Source: a virus
Taxonomy: Duplodnaviria > Caudoviricetes
Reading direction: 5' to 3' (one strand)
DNA length: 64,000 nucleotides
Virus record (IMG/VR): IMGVR_UViG_3300032270_001615
Coordinates: 22,852-86,851 of that record
The position numbers were made by a program, and so were the translations under genes. Under the pieces are notes generated by a model, which saw only the letters and a program-made list of their open reading frames with translations, was not told the DNA's origin and ran no database searches. Positions 1 through 8,661 of the stretch are shown here, one piece after another (the stretch's first letter is position 1; each line of letters starts with the position of its first letter).

Positions 1-124
1 CAGAGATCCTCGCTCATATCATTGCCTTCGCCAAGCAAACGCACGATCTAGGCGTACTGCACCAAGAGTTGTAATCCAAAGACGGCTGGCACGCCCCCCG
101 TGCTGGTCGTCGCTGGCTGTCCCG

Positions 125-340
125 CTATTTTTCTTCTAGCGGATACACAACCATCAAGTCTGGTTTGCGTGACCCATCAACTTGTTCGCCACCGCCCTGA
201 ATGACCCTGAGCGAAAGGCTGGGCTTCAGAATCGCAGCAATTTCTTCGTTCGCTTGCTGAACTTCCGTAATTCGCTCGTGAACTTCGTCCAACAACTTTT
301 GTAATTTTTTTGTTTTGTGTTGAAAGAGTTCGTTTTCCAT
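125..340 (-). CDS. hypothetical protein (~71 aa)
   Basis: C-terminal part of ORF 125..523 from ATG 340 (MENELFQ...) reads as a helical protein; start uncertain. Confidence 0.4.
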   Translation of the reverse strand: MENELFQHKTKKLQKLLDEVHERITEVQQANEEIAAILKPSLSLRVIQGGGEQVDGSRKPDLMVVYPLEEK

Positions 341-620
341 TGACGAGAATATATCATGGATCGCACGTCGCGCGCCGGCCCCGCAAATTGGAGATGCTAT
401 GAAACCAAAGAAAGAAACCCACGAGTGCCACATGAAGAGGTTCGTGAGGCATGAAGAAGATAGATGCGCTGGTTCGGTGAAGCCTCGCAGCGACACGCAC
501 CTTTGCGAGTACCACTTTGGCATTGAGCAAGAAGCCCGATACTTGGGGCGGATGGCGTAAACAGAAAGCTGGGCTGTCCTCCAGACACAGCCGTACTAAA
601 AACTTTTTCTTGTCACGAGG

Positions 621-649
621 TTGTGGTTATTAGTAATAACCGATAGAGT
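621..649 (+). promoter_or_regulatory. SigA-type promoter, leaderless
   Basis: TTGTGG-17nt-TAGAGT, ATG 6 nt downstream (656); contains ATAACCGATAGA also seen at 1559 and 1979. Confidence 0.7.
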
Positions 650-655
650 GAAATT

Positions 656-754
656 ATGACAGAAACAATTCTGTATGTTGAGGGACTTTTTCTCGGCGTA
701 CTTCACGGAATACTCATTGGCTACATGCTCGGGAGAAGGAGTAAAAAGAAATGA
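656..754 (+). CDS. small membrane protein (32 aa), not in ORF track
   Basis: MTETILYVEGLFLGVLHGILIGYMLGRRSKKK; hydrophobic helix plus basic tail; ATGA overlap with the LysM gene. Confidence 0.55.
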   Translation: MTETILYVEGLFLGVLHGILIGYMLGRRSKKK

Positions 755-1080
755 ACGAAAACACCTACCGAACAGCAAAGACCGTGCTTATCACGGCGAC
801 AGTGACCATTGCGTCAGTGCTTGCGTTCAGTTTCATGAAGGAACAGCAACGACAGTCCAATGAGTTCTTTTGCAACGGCGCATCTGTGACGATCAAAGAA
901 GGCGACACCCTGTACTGGATTGCACGGACAAACTGTGAGGGCAACACCATGAATGTCGTTGATCAGTTGGTCTCAGTTTACGGGACTACGCTGAACGTCG
1001 GCGACACGATCTACTTACCCACACACCCTAATTGCGAACTTCGCCTCACAGACGGCGGTCAGGTGATGGAAGACTGCTGA
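751..1080 (+). CDS. membrane-anchored LysM domain protein
   Basis: N-terminal TM helix; VTIKEGDTLYWIA...LNVGDTIYLP is a LysM pattern. Confidence 0.8.
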   Translation: MNENTYRTAKTVLITATVTIASVLAFSFMKEQQRQSNEFFCNGASVTIKEGDTLYWIARTNCEGNTMNVVDQLVSVYGTTLNVGDTIYLPTHPNCELRLTDGGQVMEDC

Positions 1081-1454
1081 TGAGCATGGTGATTGTCGGC
1101 GTAGATGACGAACTCGGACACATCTGCGACGCGTGCGGCTCGGGAGTCCCGACTCAGGGTTGGCACGTTCCGTACGAGACCATTGGTTACTACGATGGTT
1201 TCACGGACAATTTAGAAGCACTCATGTCTGATGACGACCCGAAGTATTGGTTCTTGTGTCACGACTGCATTGTCAAGTTGCTCACATTCTTCCCACGACT
1301 AGGTTCTTTCTTTAGTCAGGGACAGCATCCGTGCGACGGAGACGCCCCGTGTTGCAAGTGGGCTTGGCGTTCACACGAAGGCGTAACACAAGTTGTTGGA
1401 GATGACGGTGGGTGGATTCCGCTTCCCAAAAAAGAGGATGAGTCACCTTTCTGA
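1080..1454 (+). CDS. hypothetical Cys-rich protein
   Basis: TGATG coupling; CDAC and CHDC pairs. Confidence 0.6.
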   Translation: MSMVIVGVDDELGHICDACGSGVPTQGWHVPYETIGYYDGFTDNLEALMSDDDPKYWFLCHDCIVKLLTFFPRLGSFFSQGQHPCDGDAPCCKWAWRSHEGVTQVVGDDGGWIPLPKKEDESPF

Positions 1455-1543
1455 GAGGTCGACATCGGCGGGGCTGCACAGCTTGCCGGCAGACGAACGG
1501 TAGCGTTTGAAGCGGACAAATGGAAGTGTTTGACACAAGCAGG

Positions 1544-1572
1544 TTGTGATTGACCTCTATAACCGATAGAGT
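1544..1572 (+). promoter_or_regulatory. SigA-type promoter
   Basis: TTGTGA-17nt-TAGAGT with shared ATAACCGA spacer. Confidence 0.7.
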
Positions 1573-1596
1573 GGTATCAACCAAGAAGGGGGCACT

Positions 1597-1761
1597 GTGC
1601 CAAAACAAAAAGCAACAGCAGTTGATCTGACCGAAGAGGAATATGCAGAGGTCATCAAGTGGGCTGACAAGTTCGGTCTACACCGTACGTACAATGCTTC
1701 GCAGGGTGGCATGCAGATCAACGGAGTTGTCTACCGCAAGCCAGTATTCAGTCTGATCTAA
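1597..1761 (+). CDS. hypothetical protein (54 aa), not in ORF track
   Basis: GTG start after GAAGGGGG RBS and a promoter; VPKQKATAVDLTEEEY... Confidence 0.55.
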   Translation: MPKQKATAVDLTEEEYAEVIKWADKFGLHRTYNASQGGMQINGVVYRKPVFSLI

Positions 1762-1963
1762 CAAAGTCCCAGAGCAGTTCCGGTTGCCGGCTGTCCCGCT
1801 TTAAAGCTTGTCCTTGAAGTCCTTTCCGCCACCGTTGTTCTTAGACGAATAAGTGTGTGTCCGTGTCCTTCCCGGGGCTACCTGTTTCTACATCTACTGT
1901 GGAAAAACTGAATTGTAACTTTTGTGTAACTTTGTTGCAATCGTGTAACTTTTTCAATAAAGG

Positions 1964-1992
1964 TTGTCATTGAGCCTAATAACCGATAGATT
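1964..1992 (+). promoter_or_regulatory. SigA-type promoter of whiB-like gene, leaderless
   Basis: TTGTCA-17nt-TAGATT, ATG 6 nt downstream. Confidence 0.7.
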
Positions 1993-1998
1993 GAAGTT

Positions 1999-2298
1999 AT
2001 GGAACTAAGAGCAACTATGGAAACTCAACCAACAAACGTATTGCGTAACTCTGATTTCAAGTGGCAAGACCAAGCAGGGTGCGTGGGAATGGATACAAAT
2101 ATCTTTTTCTACGACAGAAACGCAAAAGCCCAAATCATCAAGGCTCGCAAAATCTGTGGAAACTGCCCAGTGGCAAATGACTGCCTAGAGTTCGCTCTCG
2201 CCAACAACATTGAAGATGGAATGTGGGGCGGTAAATCAGGTCGTGAGCGCAGGAACATTCGCCAAGTCAGAGCCCGAAGCCGAAAGGTAGCGGTGTGA
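1999..2298 (+). CDS. whiB: WhiB family transcription factor
   Basis: WQDQAGC...ICGNCPVANDCLEFAL...GMWGG: four-Cys WhiB signature. Confidence 0.9.
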   Translation: MELRATMETQPTNVLRNSDFKWQDQAGCVGMDTNIFFYDRNAKAQIIKARKICGNCPVANDCLEFALANNIEDGMWGGKSGRERRNIRQVRARSRKVAV

Positions 2299-2393
2299 TG
2301 GCGACGTGGTGGCCCCGCTTTGTATACAGACTTATGCTCAGGTACGGAAAGGGGATTATAAAATGAATAAGCGTTTGGCGTTCGCCATTTTAG

Positions 2394-2672
2394 TTACTTG
2401 CTTTGCGTTGGTTTATTACTATCAGAACTCACTGTTATGACGTTTGTGTAGAACGTGTCAAGAAGTGCGTTCACACTCGGTGTTTGGTCGCCAATAACAC
2501 CCTGAAGTTCTCTGATGCTCTTCAGGAGCGTCGGCGCAGTCCCGACTTTATTCGCATTGTCGTGTTCCATCTCAAGAATTCTTCGTTCCATCGCACGCAG
2601 GCGTTTCTCAAAGCCCTCAAATTTATAACTCAGCGCCTCAATGCGCTGTAGGATTTGGTTATCTTCAATCAT
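2394..2672 (-). CDS. hypothetical coiled-coil protein
   Basis: MIEDNQILQRIEAL...; TATAGT -10 six nt upstream of ATG. Confidence 0.55.
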   Translation of the reverse strand: MIEDNQILQRIEALSYKFEGFEKRLRAMERRILEMEHDNANKVGTAPTLLKSIRELQGVIGDQTPSVNALLDTFYTNVITVSSDSNKPTQSK

Positions 2673-4622
2673 ATGACAACTATACATAACAACTCTTCTC
2701 TCAGACTTGACACTGACCATTTAGTTTTGGATTTCCCGTACGACCGAGAACTCGTTGAAGACGTCAAACGGATAGACGGGGCAAAATGGGACAAGGTTGC
2801 ACGTGTCTGGAGAGCGCCGATGAAAAGCCTCGCTGCCGTTCGTGAATTTGCGTCCACAAACAACTTCAGCATTGACAATGATGTGCTCTTGTTCTCTTCA
2901 CCCAAGCGTGTGGTTTCAGAAGCAAAGCGTGGTGTGTACTTAGAGGAAGACTTCGTATACCTCGCATTTGATTACGACCCTGTGATGGTTCGGTCGGTCA
3001 AGCAGGTTGCAGGAATAACTTGGCATCCCAGCTCGAAAGCTTGGCGAGCCCCGCTGACATCCCTCGAAGACGTGATCCGTTGGGCAGAAACATTCAATCA
3101 AAATGTTGATGAGGAAGCCACCCGTAGGGTTGGTCAAATCCAAAGTTCGCTGTCAGAACTGAGAGACGCCTCCCGTGCCGTAGACGCAGCTGTAGACATT
3201 CCGGGGCTAGTTGGAACGTTGATGCCGTATCAAAAAGCAGGAGTTGCTTATGCTGTTGAGGCACGCAAATGTTTTATCGCCGATGAGATGGGATTAGGCA
3301 AAACGGTTCAGGCAATGGCGGCTCTACATCTGGCCGGCCGCAGCGCGGGAGCCCCGTGTTACCCAGCTGTCGTCTCATGTCCAGCGAACCTCGTGTTGAA
3401 CTGGAAAGCGGAATACAACAGGTTCTTGCCCGATGTTCGTGTCGCTGTCGTCAAAGACCGAAAGACTTTTCCTGATGAAGGAACATACGATGTGGTTGTA
3501 GTCGGCTATTCCAATATTACCTCTTGGGAGAAGCGCTTGTCAAATCACAATGCTTACGTGTTTGATGAAAGTCATTACTGCAAGACACCAACCGCTCAGA
3601 GAACAAAGTCCGCAAAGAAGATTGCCGGCTCAGCCCCGAAAGGCGCGATGATCCTGTGCTTGACTGGAACTCCCGTAACCAACCGACCAGCAGAATACGC
3701 ATCTCAACTAGACATACTCGGACAACTAAATAAGTTCGGTGGTCTGTGGGGTTTCTACCGTAGATACTGTGATGCATTCAAAGACAAGTGGGGGCAGTGG
3801 CATCTTGAAGGTCATTCTCATCTTGACGAACTCAACGATAAACTTCGTAGCGTTTGTTACATAAGGCGCACAAAAGACCAAGTGCTTACTGATTTGCCAC
3901 CCGTCATTCACAACCCGTACGTCGTCGACGGGACTCCAGAGCTCGCAGCTGAGTACAAGAAGGCAGAGGAAGACATCATTGCCTACCTAGTAAACAGGGC
4001 GAAGGAGATAGCCATGGAGATGGGTAAGAGCCCGCACTCGGCAGGTGTAGTGGCACGCATCAGGGCTGAGTCCAATGAACACCTCGTAAAACTGTCCGTG
4101 CTTCGCAGGATCGCTGCCAAGGGGAAGATGCAGGAGGCCCAGGACTGGGTACAGTCCCGAGTTGACGCCGGCAAAAAAGTCGTTATTGCGGCTCACCATA
4201 GAGATGTGGTTGATGAACTTGCTAAAAAGTTTAATGCTTGCAAGATTCAGGGTGGTATGAAGATTGAGGACGTTGAAGAGGCAAAACGAAAGTTTCAGAA
4301 TGACTCATCCGCCACCGTAATGGTTTTGAGCATCCAAGCTGCAAAGACGGGGCATACTCTTACTGCTGCACAAGACATACTCTTTGTTGAACTGCCTTGG
4401 TCGCCAGCAGACATTGACCAGACTTATAGTCGTTTGCACAGGCATGGGCAGAAAGGTTCTGTTACTGCTACGTACATGTTGATGAGCGGGACTATTGACG
4501 AAGCCATCTACAAACTCACCGAGAAGAAACGCAAGGTAATGAACTCGGCTGTTGATGGCGATGTCTTTGATGATGACGATGCCAGCACGGCGCAACTTGT
4601 TCTAAGTTTCTTGCCTCAATAG
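2673..4622 (+). CDS. SNF2-family helicase with two N-terminal HARP-like repeats
   Basis: DEMGLGKT, DESH, LTGTP, QTYSRLHRHGQ motifs; two FxYD...VK...W...W repeats. Confidence 0.9.
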   Translation: MTTIHNNSSLRLDTDHLVLDFPYDRELVEDVKRIDGAKWDKVARVWRAPMKSLAAVREFASTNNFSIDNDVLLFSSPKRVVSEAKRGVYLEEDFVYLAFDYDPVMVRSVKQVAGITWHPSSKAWRAPLTSLEDVIRWAETFNQNVDEEATRRVGQIQSSLSELRDASRAVDAAVDIPGLVGTLMPYQKAGVAYAVEARKCFIADEMGLGKTVQAMAALHLAGRSAGAPCYPAVVSCPANLVLNWKAEYNRFLPDVRVAVVKDRKTFPDEGTYDVVVVGYSNITSWEKRLSNHNAYVFDESHYCKTPTAQRTKSAKKIAGSAPKGAMILCLTGTPVTNRPAEYASQLDILGQLNKFGGLWGFYRRYCDAFKDKWGQWHLEGHSHLDELNDKLRSVCYIRRTKDQVLTDLPPVIHNPYVVDGTPELAAEYKKAEEDIIAYLVNRAKEIAMEMGKSPHSAGVVARIRAESNEHLVKLSVLRRIAAKGKMQEAQDWVQSRVDAGKKVVIAAHHRDVVDELAKKFNACKIQGGMKIEDVEEAKRKFQNDSSATVMVLSIQAAKTGHTLTAAQDILFVELPWSPADIDQTYSRLHRHGQKGSVTATYMLMSGTIDEAIYKLTEKKRKVMNSAVDGDVFDDDDASTAQLVLSFLPQ

Positions 4623-4651
4623 TTGCAATTGCCCCCTATAGGGGATATACT
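4623..4651 (+). promoter_or_regulatory. SigA-type promoter with palindromic spacer, leaderless
   Basis: TTGCAA-17nt-TATACT; CCCCTATAGGGG palindrome 4633-4644; ATG 6 nt downstream. Confidence 0.65.
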
Positions 4652-4657
4652 GAAATT

Positions 4658-4882
4658 ATGACAACAAGAATCACCCAAATCAAAGTAGACCTAGAACTTG
4701 TTCCACTGAACGAACGCAAAGGAATGCCTTGTGCAGTTCTCGTGCATGGAACAACTGTAGAGATTTGGTTTCGCTCGCCTACTGGCGACAGTAGCGACAG
4801 CCACATCTTCAGAATGCCTTGCCTCTCAGAGAATCAGGCAGAAGTCATTGCGGAAACTTACAGATTAGTCTTCGCCCTGTAA
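4658..4882 (+). CDS. hypothetical protein
   Basis: 74 aa ORF directly after a promoter. Confidence 0.65.
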   Translation: MTTRITQIKVDLELVPLNERKGMPCAVLVHGTTVEIWFRSPTGDSSDSHIFRMPCLSENQAEVIAETYRLVFAL

Positions 4883-5056
4883 AGGTTGTCCCATGGGCTT
4901 GGGATGCGCCCCCCGCTCCCAAGTCCTCGGGTCAGAATTCTCGTCCCATTCCTCAATTGGTATTAGCCGATTCGGGTCAGGTGGTGGGATGTTTCTAACT
5001 TTCTTGTCCCCGCTGCACTTGAAGCCCCGTATTCGGTCAGGCTTTTGGTTTGGCAT
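4865..5056 (-). CDS. hypothetical protein
   Basis: 63 aa ORF continuing the minus-strand operon. Confidence 0.45.
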   Translation of the reverse strand: MPNQKPDRIRGFKCSGDKKVRNIPPPDPNRLIPIEEWDENSDPRTWERGAHPKPMGQPLQGED

Positions 5057-5534
5057 TAGCCATCAACTCATCAACAATCAAGCGAGAGTACTTTCTACGC
5101 AGTCGCCAGATCTTTCCGTTGAGGTCTTGCATCGCAACCGTATCTCGTGCTTTGCTCGCAATGTCATCATCGTAGATGTTGTACTTCTTGAAGAGGATCT
5201 CGTCCAAGTCGGGGCTCTCTATCAAGATGTCTGATATCCAACCCGCACGTTTGTCCATCGTGATCATCAGTTCACACAAGCCTTCGTACCCGAATTCGCT
5301 ATGAATCTTGTTCACAACCATTTGACAGTAGTGTTTACGGTAGGTTGCTTCGGCGTCGTTTGCGCCTTCCATGAAGTTAGCGACAAACTCCGATAGTTGA
5401 GCCCGTGTTAGGTCGTCCATTTCCTCGTTGTCAGGATTGTTTGGATCAAAGAAGTCGCTCACAATATCAACCCATTTCTGAATGCGTTTACTGCTTTCAT
5501 TGTCTTTCTCCATTATTCCACTCTTGTCTGTCAA
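5037..5534 (-). CDS. hypothetical protein
   Basis: 165 aa acidic ORF coupled to the DUF932-like gene. Confidence 0.65.
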   Translation of the reverse strand: MTDKSGIMEKDNESSKRIQKWVDIVSDFFDPNNPDNEEMDDLTRAQLSEFVANFMEGANDAEATYRKHYCQMVVNKIHSEFGYEGLCELMITMDKRAGWISDILIESPDLDEILFKKYNIYDDDIASKARDTVAMQDLNGKIWRLRRKYSRLIVDELMANAKPKA

Positions 5535-6550
5535 ACCAAGGACAGAATAATCTCCTGTGCAGTTGCTTTCTTACGAGTTACCCACGAGTTGTAGTCCATT
5601 GATGCGATAGCGCGCTCCTCTGGCTTGGCGTCCCGATAATGATCCAGGTACTCAACAACGGTGTTGTATGCAGACCAGCCATTGAAACCAAACCCGCCAG
5701 CATTCTTTTCGTTCAAGAACAGGGAGCGGATGACTGTGTGGATTTCCTCACGGTTTTCTTTTTGACGCTGTGATTCGCCATTGCGCTCAGGGAAAGTTCC
5801 TTCAATAATCTTTGTCAGCCGCTGAGAAGATTGCGGGACATTGATTGCCAGCAGAGCTTCGGCGTTTGCTTTGAAAGCGTTAGCCCACTCTGTTGATAAG
5901 TTCAAAACTGTCTGTGCATCTTCAATTGCTGAATCAGCATTACGAGTATGCCGTGCTGTGAACGTGGATCTGGCTGCCGATAGCCCCGCCATGACCGTGT
6001 TCTTGCAGACCGCACGGATTGATGTATTCGCATAGGTGATTGGGGTGCGACCATCATGTCCGTTTCGCACAAGCATGTAACGCTCAATCTTGTCGTTGAT
6101 ACCAGTTGGGTCAATAATCAAACCGCCCAAATCAAGGCAGGCAAAGAACTCACGACCTTCGTCAAGAACGCCACATGTGTCTACGACTGCGTCGCCTTTG
6201 GAAGCGCCAACTACATCCAACGCACGGTTTAGGCACTCACGGTTCTGCTGAACCACGAATCGTGTGCCAACCGTAGAGAGCCCGTCAAAGGTTCCATCAG
6301 GATTGCATCTCACCGTAGCTCGGGAGTCTGAGATGATGACGGGGCTTCCGTCCGGGTTCCGGATGAAGTTCCCCTCCGCATCTATGGCTGCGACCGATGT
6401 AAGTGCAACATCGAAGTCCGCTTCTGCGGCAGCAAGCATCGCCTCTGCTGTTTGAAGCCCATTCATTTTTGTTCCGAGTCTGTGCCAAGGCACCTCGTTG
6501 GCGTAAGCCATCTTTGCTTTTCCGCCCTTTATTTCAATTTGGTGTGCCAT
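5531..6550 (-). CDS. DUF932 / phage-plasmid-like protein
   Basis: MAY..EVPWHRLG, VRNGHDG..PI...TSIRAVCKNT, W.AYN.V.EYLDH patterns; strong RBS. Confidence 0.8.
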   Translation of the reverse strand: MAHQIEIKGGKAKMAYANEVPWHRLGTKMNGLQTAEAMLAAAEADFDVALTSVAAIDAEGNFIRNPDGSPVIISDSRATVRCNPDGTFDGLSTVGTRFVVQQNRECLNRALDVVGASKGDAVVDTCGVLDEGREFFACLDLGGLIIDPTGINDKIERYMLVRNGHDGRTPITYANTSIRAVCKNTVMAGLSAARSTFTARHTRNADSAIEDAQTVLNLSTEWANAFKANAEALLAINVPQSSQRLTKIIEGTFPERNGESQRQKENREEIHTVIRSLFLNEKNAGGFGFNGWSAYNTVVEYLDHYRDAKPEERAIASMDYNSWVTRKKATAQEIILSLV

Positions 6551-6578
6551 TGTTTTCTCCTCTGTATGGATTTATCCA

Positions 6579-6607
6579 AGTCTACAGATAAATCCGTACG
6601 AGAACAA
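6579..6607 (-). promoter_or_regulatory. SigA-type promoter overlapped by a 13-bp inverted repeat
   Basis: TTGTTC-17nt-TAGACT on minus strand; IR arms 6564-6576 and 6587-6599. Confidence 0.6.
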
Positions 6608-6638
6608 CTGCTTCTTGCAGCTAAGTCTTGGGCGGGGC

Positions 6639-6660
6639 AACTGGATCGCCTGATCCAGTT
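6639..6660 (-). terminator. hairpin, probable terminator after SLT gene
   Basis: perfect IR AACTGGATC-gcct-GATCCAGTT; no U-tract. Confidence 0.45.
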
Positions 6661-6726
6661 GAACCGACCGACCGAGCGCAGCGAGGTGGGAGGCGGGGCT
6701 GAAGTCTTCTCCAGGCCCTGAAGGGA

Positions 6727-7446
6727 TTAGTTTGCGTAGACTCGCCAGTTGGCTAGCTTGCCCTTGGAGTTGTCCATGATGTACTTAGCCACCCGAACGT
6801 TGCATACAGGGTCTTTAAGACCTGCCATACGCCCGTTGACCGCATCGTCTCCACACACAAGCTTCGTAACCGAGAACCAACTTGAGTTGATTTGTAGTAA
6901 GCCCGTGTCGTATGACTTGTCCTTGTTCAGGTGGTAGGTCATGTTCCCGTTTGCATCCCACTTGGCATTTTGCGCCTCAGGTCGGCAACCGCTCTCACGC
7001 CAAGCAATATAAGAGAAAACCTCGACTGGCTCAAGCCCATGTTCTTTGAACAACGGAATCCATTGAGGACAGCGCTTTGATAGGTCATTGGGAATGTTGT
7101 ACCCATTAGAACTTTGTTTCGTCACGGTGTCAGGAACGTGCTGGGTTGGGAGGTTCATCGCTTCAAGCTTCTCCAGATGCTCCCGCCGCGTGATAGCCCC
7201 GTAGTTGCCGTCGACACGTACCGTGCCAATGACCTGTTGAAGCTTTTTCACCCTTGCACTCGTTTCGTTGAAAGAGTACGAAGCAAGTAGAACCGATTTT
7301 GGGGTCGACTCAGACCTCTCGGCGACCATCGCTACCACTGCTAGCGGCTGAGCGAAGACAAATGTTTCGGCATTTGTTTGGACTGGAATTACTGTGCCAG
7401 TTCCAAGCGTAACTAAAGATGCAAGCCATCCAAAAATGGGTTTCAA
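6727..7446 (-). CDS. secreted lysozyme-like / lytic transglycosylase with a peptidoglycan-binding-like region
   Basis: signal peptide; LQQVIG..VDGNYG; IAWRESGC catalytic Glu; DTGLLQIN. Confidence 0.8.
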   Translation of the reverse strand: MKPIFGWLASLVTLGTGTVIPVQTNAETFVFAQPLAVVAMVAERSESTPKSVLLASYSFNETSARVKKLQQVIGTVRVDGNYGAITRREHLEKLEAMNLPTQHVPDTVTKQSSNGYNIPNDLSKRCPQWIPLFKEHGLEPVEVFSYIAWRESGCRPEAQNAKWDANGNMTYHLNKDKSYDTGLLQINSSWFSVTKLVCGDDAVNGRMAGLKDPVCNVRVAKYIMDNSKGKLANWRVYAN

Positions 7447-7593
7447 TATTCTCTCCTGTGTTTGACGGATAGGGCAACAGGTATTTAGTACTTACCTGCC
7501 TATGGCATTCACTCGTTATGAGATGTATCTATATTACCAAATGATTACACCGAGATCAACTCTTGTTGAACGACGCCGGCTAAAGCCCCGTAT

Positions 7594-7833
7594 TTACGCG
7601 GTTTCCTCATCAAAAATGTTTGTTGGAATACCCAAAATAATGAGTCCAGTGACGTCGCTGACATCTGTAACCCGTAATGAAAGAGATTCCCAAATAACTT
7701 CCATAATTTCACGAGATGCTTCTTTTTCGTCTTGAGTTGGAACGTCATCCTCAGACCCAAGTTCAACCAACACATCTGTAATGAATTGTTTCACAGCAAG
7801 TGTTGCTTCCGCTTTGCTCAATTTCTTAGCCAT
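7594..7833 (-). CDS. hypothetical protein
   Basis: 79 aa, RBS GAGGAG. Confidence 0.6.
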   Translation of the reverse strand: MAKKLSKAEATLAVKQFITDVLVELGSEDDVPTQDEKEASREIMEVIWESLSLRVTDVSDVTGLIILGIPTNIFDEETA

Positions 7834-8011
7834 TGTTCTCCTCTTTTCTGTTCATGTACTCTGCTCGTTCCAAGGACGTAAGTATATTCTTGTACTCGGT
7901 CTTCGACACCGCATCGCAGTCCCGTTGTGCTCGAAGCTGCTTGATGCCTTCACGCAATATCTGTAATTGGAAGTCAGTCAAATTGATTTTATATTCCTTG
8001 CGTAGGGACAT
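7826..8011 (-). CDS. hypothetical protein
   Basis: MSLRKEY...; TAGGAT -10 seven nt upstream. Confidence 0.55.
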   Translation of the reverse strand: MSLRKEYKINLTDFQLQILREGIKQLRAQRDCDAVSKTEYKNILTSLERAEYMNRKEENNG

Positions 8012-8013
8012 GC

Positions 8014-8041
8014 TTGACATCCTAGCGTGTACTGATAGAGT
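8014..8041 (+). promoter_or_regulatory. SigA-type promoter of ssb
   Basis: TTGACA-16nt-TAGAGT, extended -10 TG. Confidence 0.7.
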
Positions 8042-8074
8042 GTCGGCGTACCCAATTACGAGAGTAGGAGAAAT

Positions 8075-8521
8075 ATGAATAATTCACCAATTACTATCAG
8101 CGGAAACGTTGTTAGAGATCCTGAGTTACTAACTCTGTCAAACGGATCACAAAAACTGTCATTCGCAGTTGCCGTTAACCACAGTTACACAGGTAAGGAT
8201 GGCGAGAAAGTTGAGAACACCTCATTCTTTGATGTGCAGGCTTGGCGTTACCTCGCAGAGAACAGTGCAAATGTCCTTGAAAAAGGCATGGGCGTAATCG
8301 TTAGCGGTCGCCTTGAACAGCGCTCATGGAAAGATGAGAAGACGCAAGAGAATCGCTACAAGATTGAACTTGTTGCAGATGAAATCGGCATCCTCACACG
8401 ATCAGTTGAATCAGTTGAACGTCGTCGTGCTGCCGCTGGGACACCGAACGCCGGAGCTGTTGTAGCCCCGAAACGTACGAAGCCATCAGCACCACAAGTA
8501 CCTGCTGACGAACCATTCTGA
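8075..8521 (+). CDS. ssb: single-stranded DNA-binding protein
   Basis: ITISGNVVRDPEL, FFDVQAWRYLAEN, GRLEQRSW; acidic C-terminus DEPF. Confidence 0.95.
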   Translation: MNNSPITISGNVVRDPELLTLSNGSQKLSFAVAVNHSYTGKDGEKVENTSFFDVQAWRYLAENSANVLEKGMGVIVSGRLEQRSWKDEKTQENRYKIELVADEIGILTRSVESVERRRAAAGTPNAGAVVAPKRTKPSAPQVPADEPF

Positions 8522-8544
8522 TTCGTTAACAACTAATTAGTTAG

Positions 8545-8589
8545 AAGCCCCCATTAAGTTCTGGCAGAGACCCGAACATGGGGGCTTTT
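8545..8589 (+). terminator. rho-independent terminator
   Basis: AAGCCCCCAT...ATGGGGGCTTTT. Confidence 0.65.
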
Positions 8590-8661
8590 GATTATTATGC
8601 TCGCTTCGCTCGCACCCCCGCGTCCCCAGGACGCGAGGGCCCCGTTATTTTGGATCAATAG

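Noticed and set aside
3-74. 3' end of a gene entering the window (EILAHIIAFAKQTHDLGVLHQEL)
   Set aside because: Too little sequence to call.
2298-2366. 22-aa ORF coupled to whiB (MATWWPRF...)
   Set aside because: Too short to support without expression or conservation data.
6670-6685. Vector contamination (16-nt match to the ColE1/pUC origin region, from memory)
   Set aside because: The match is only 16 nt, the flanks are phage-like, and a variant occurs at 8600-8612.
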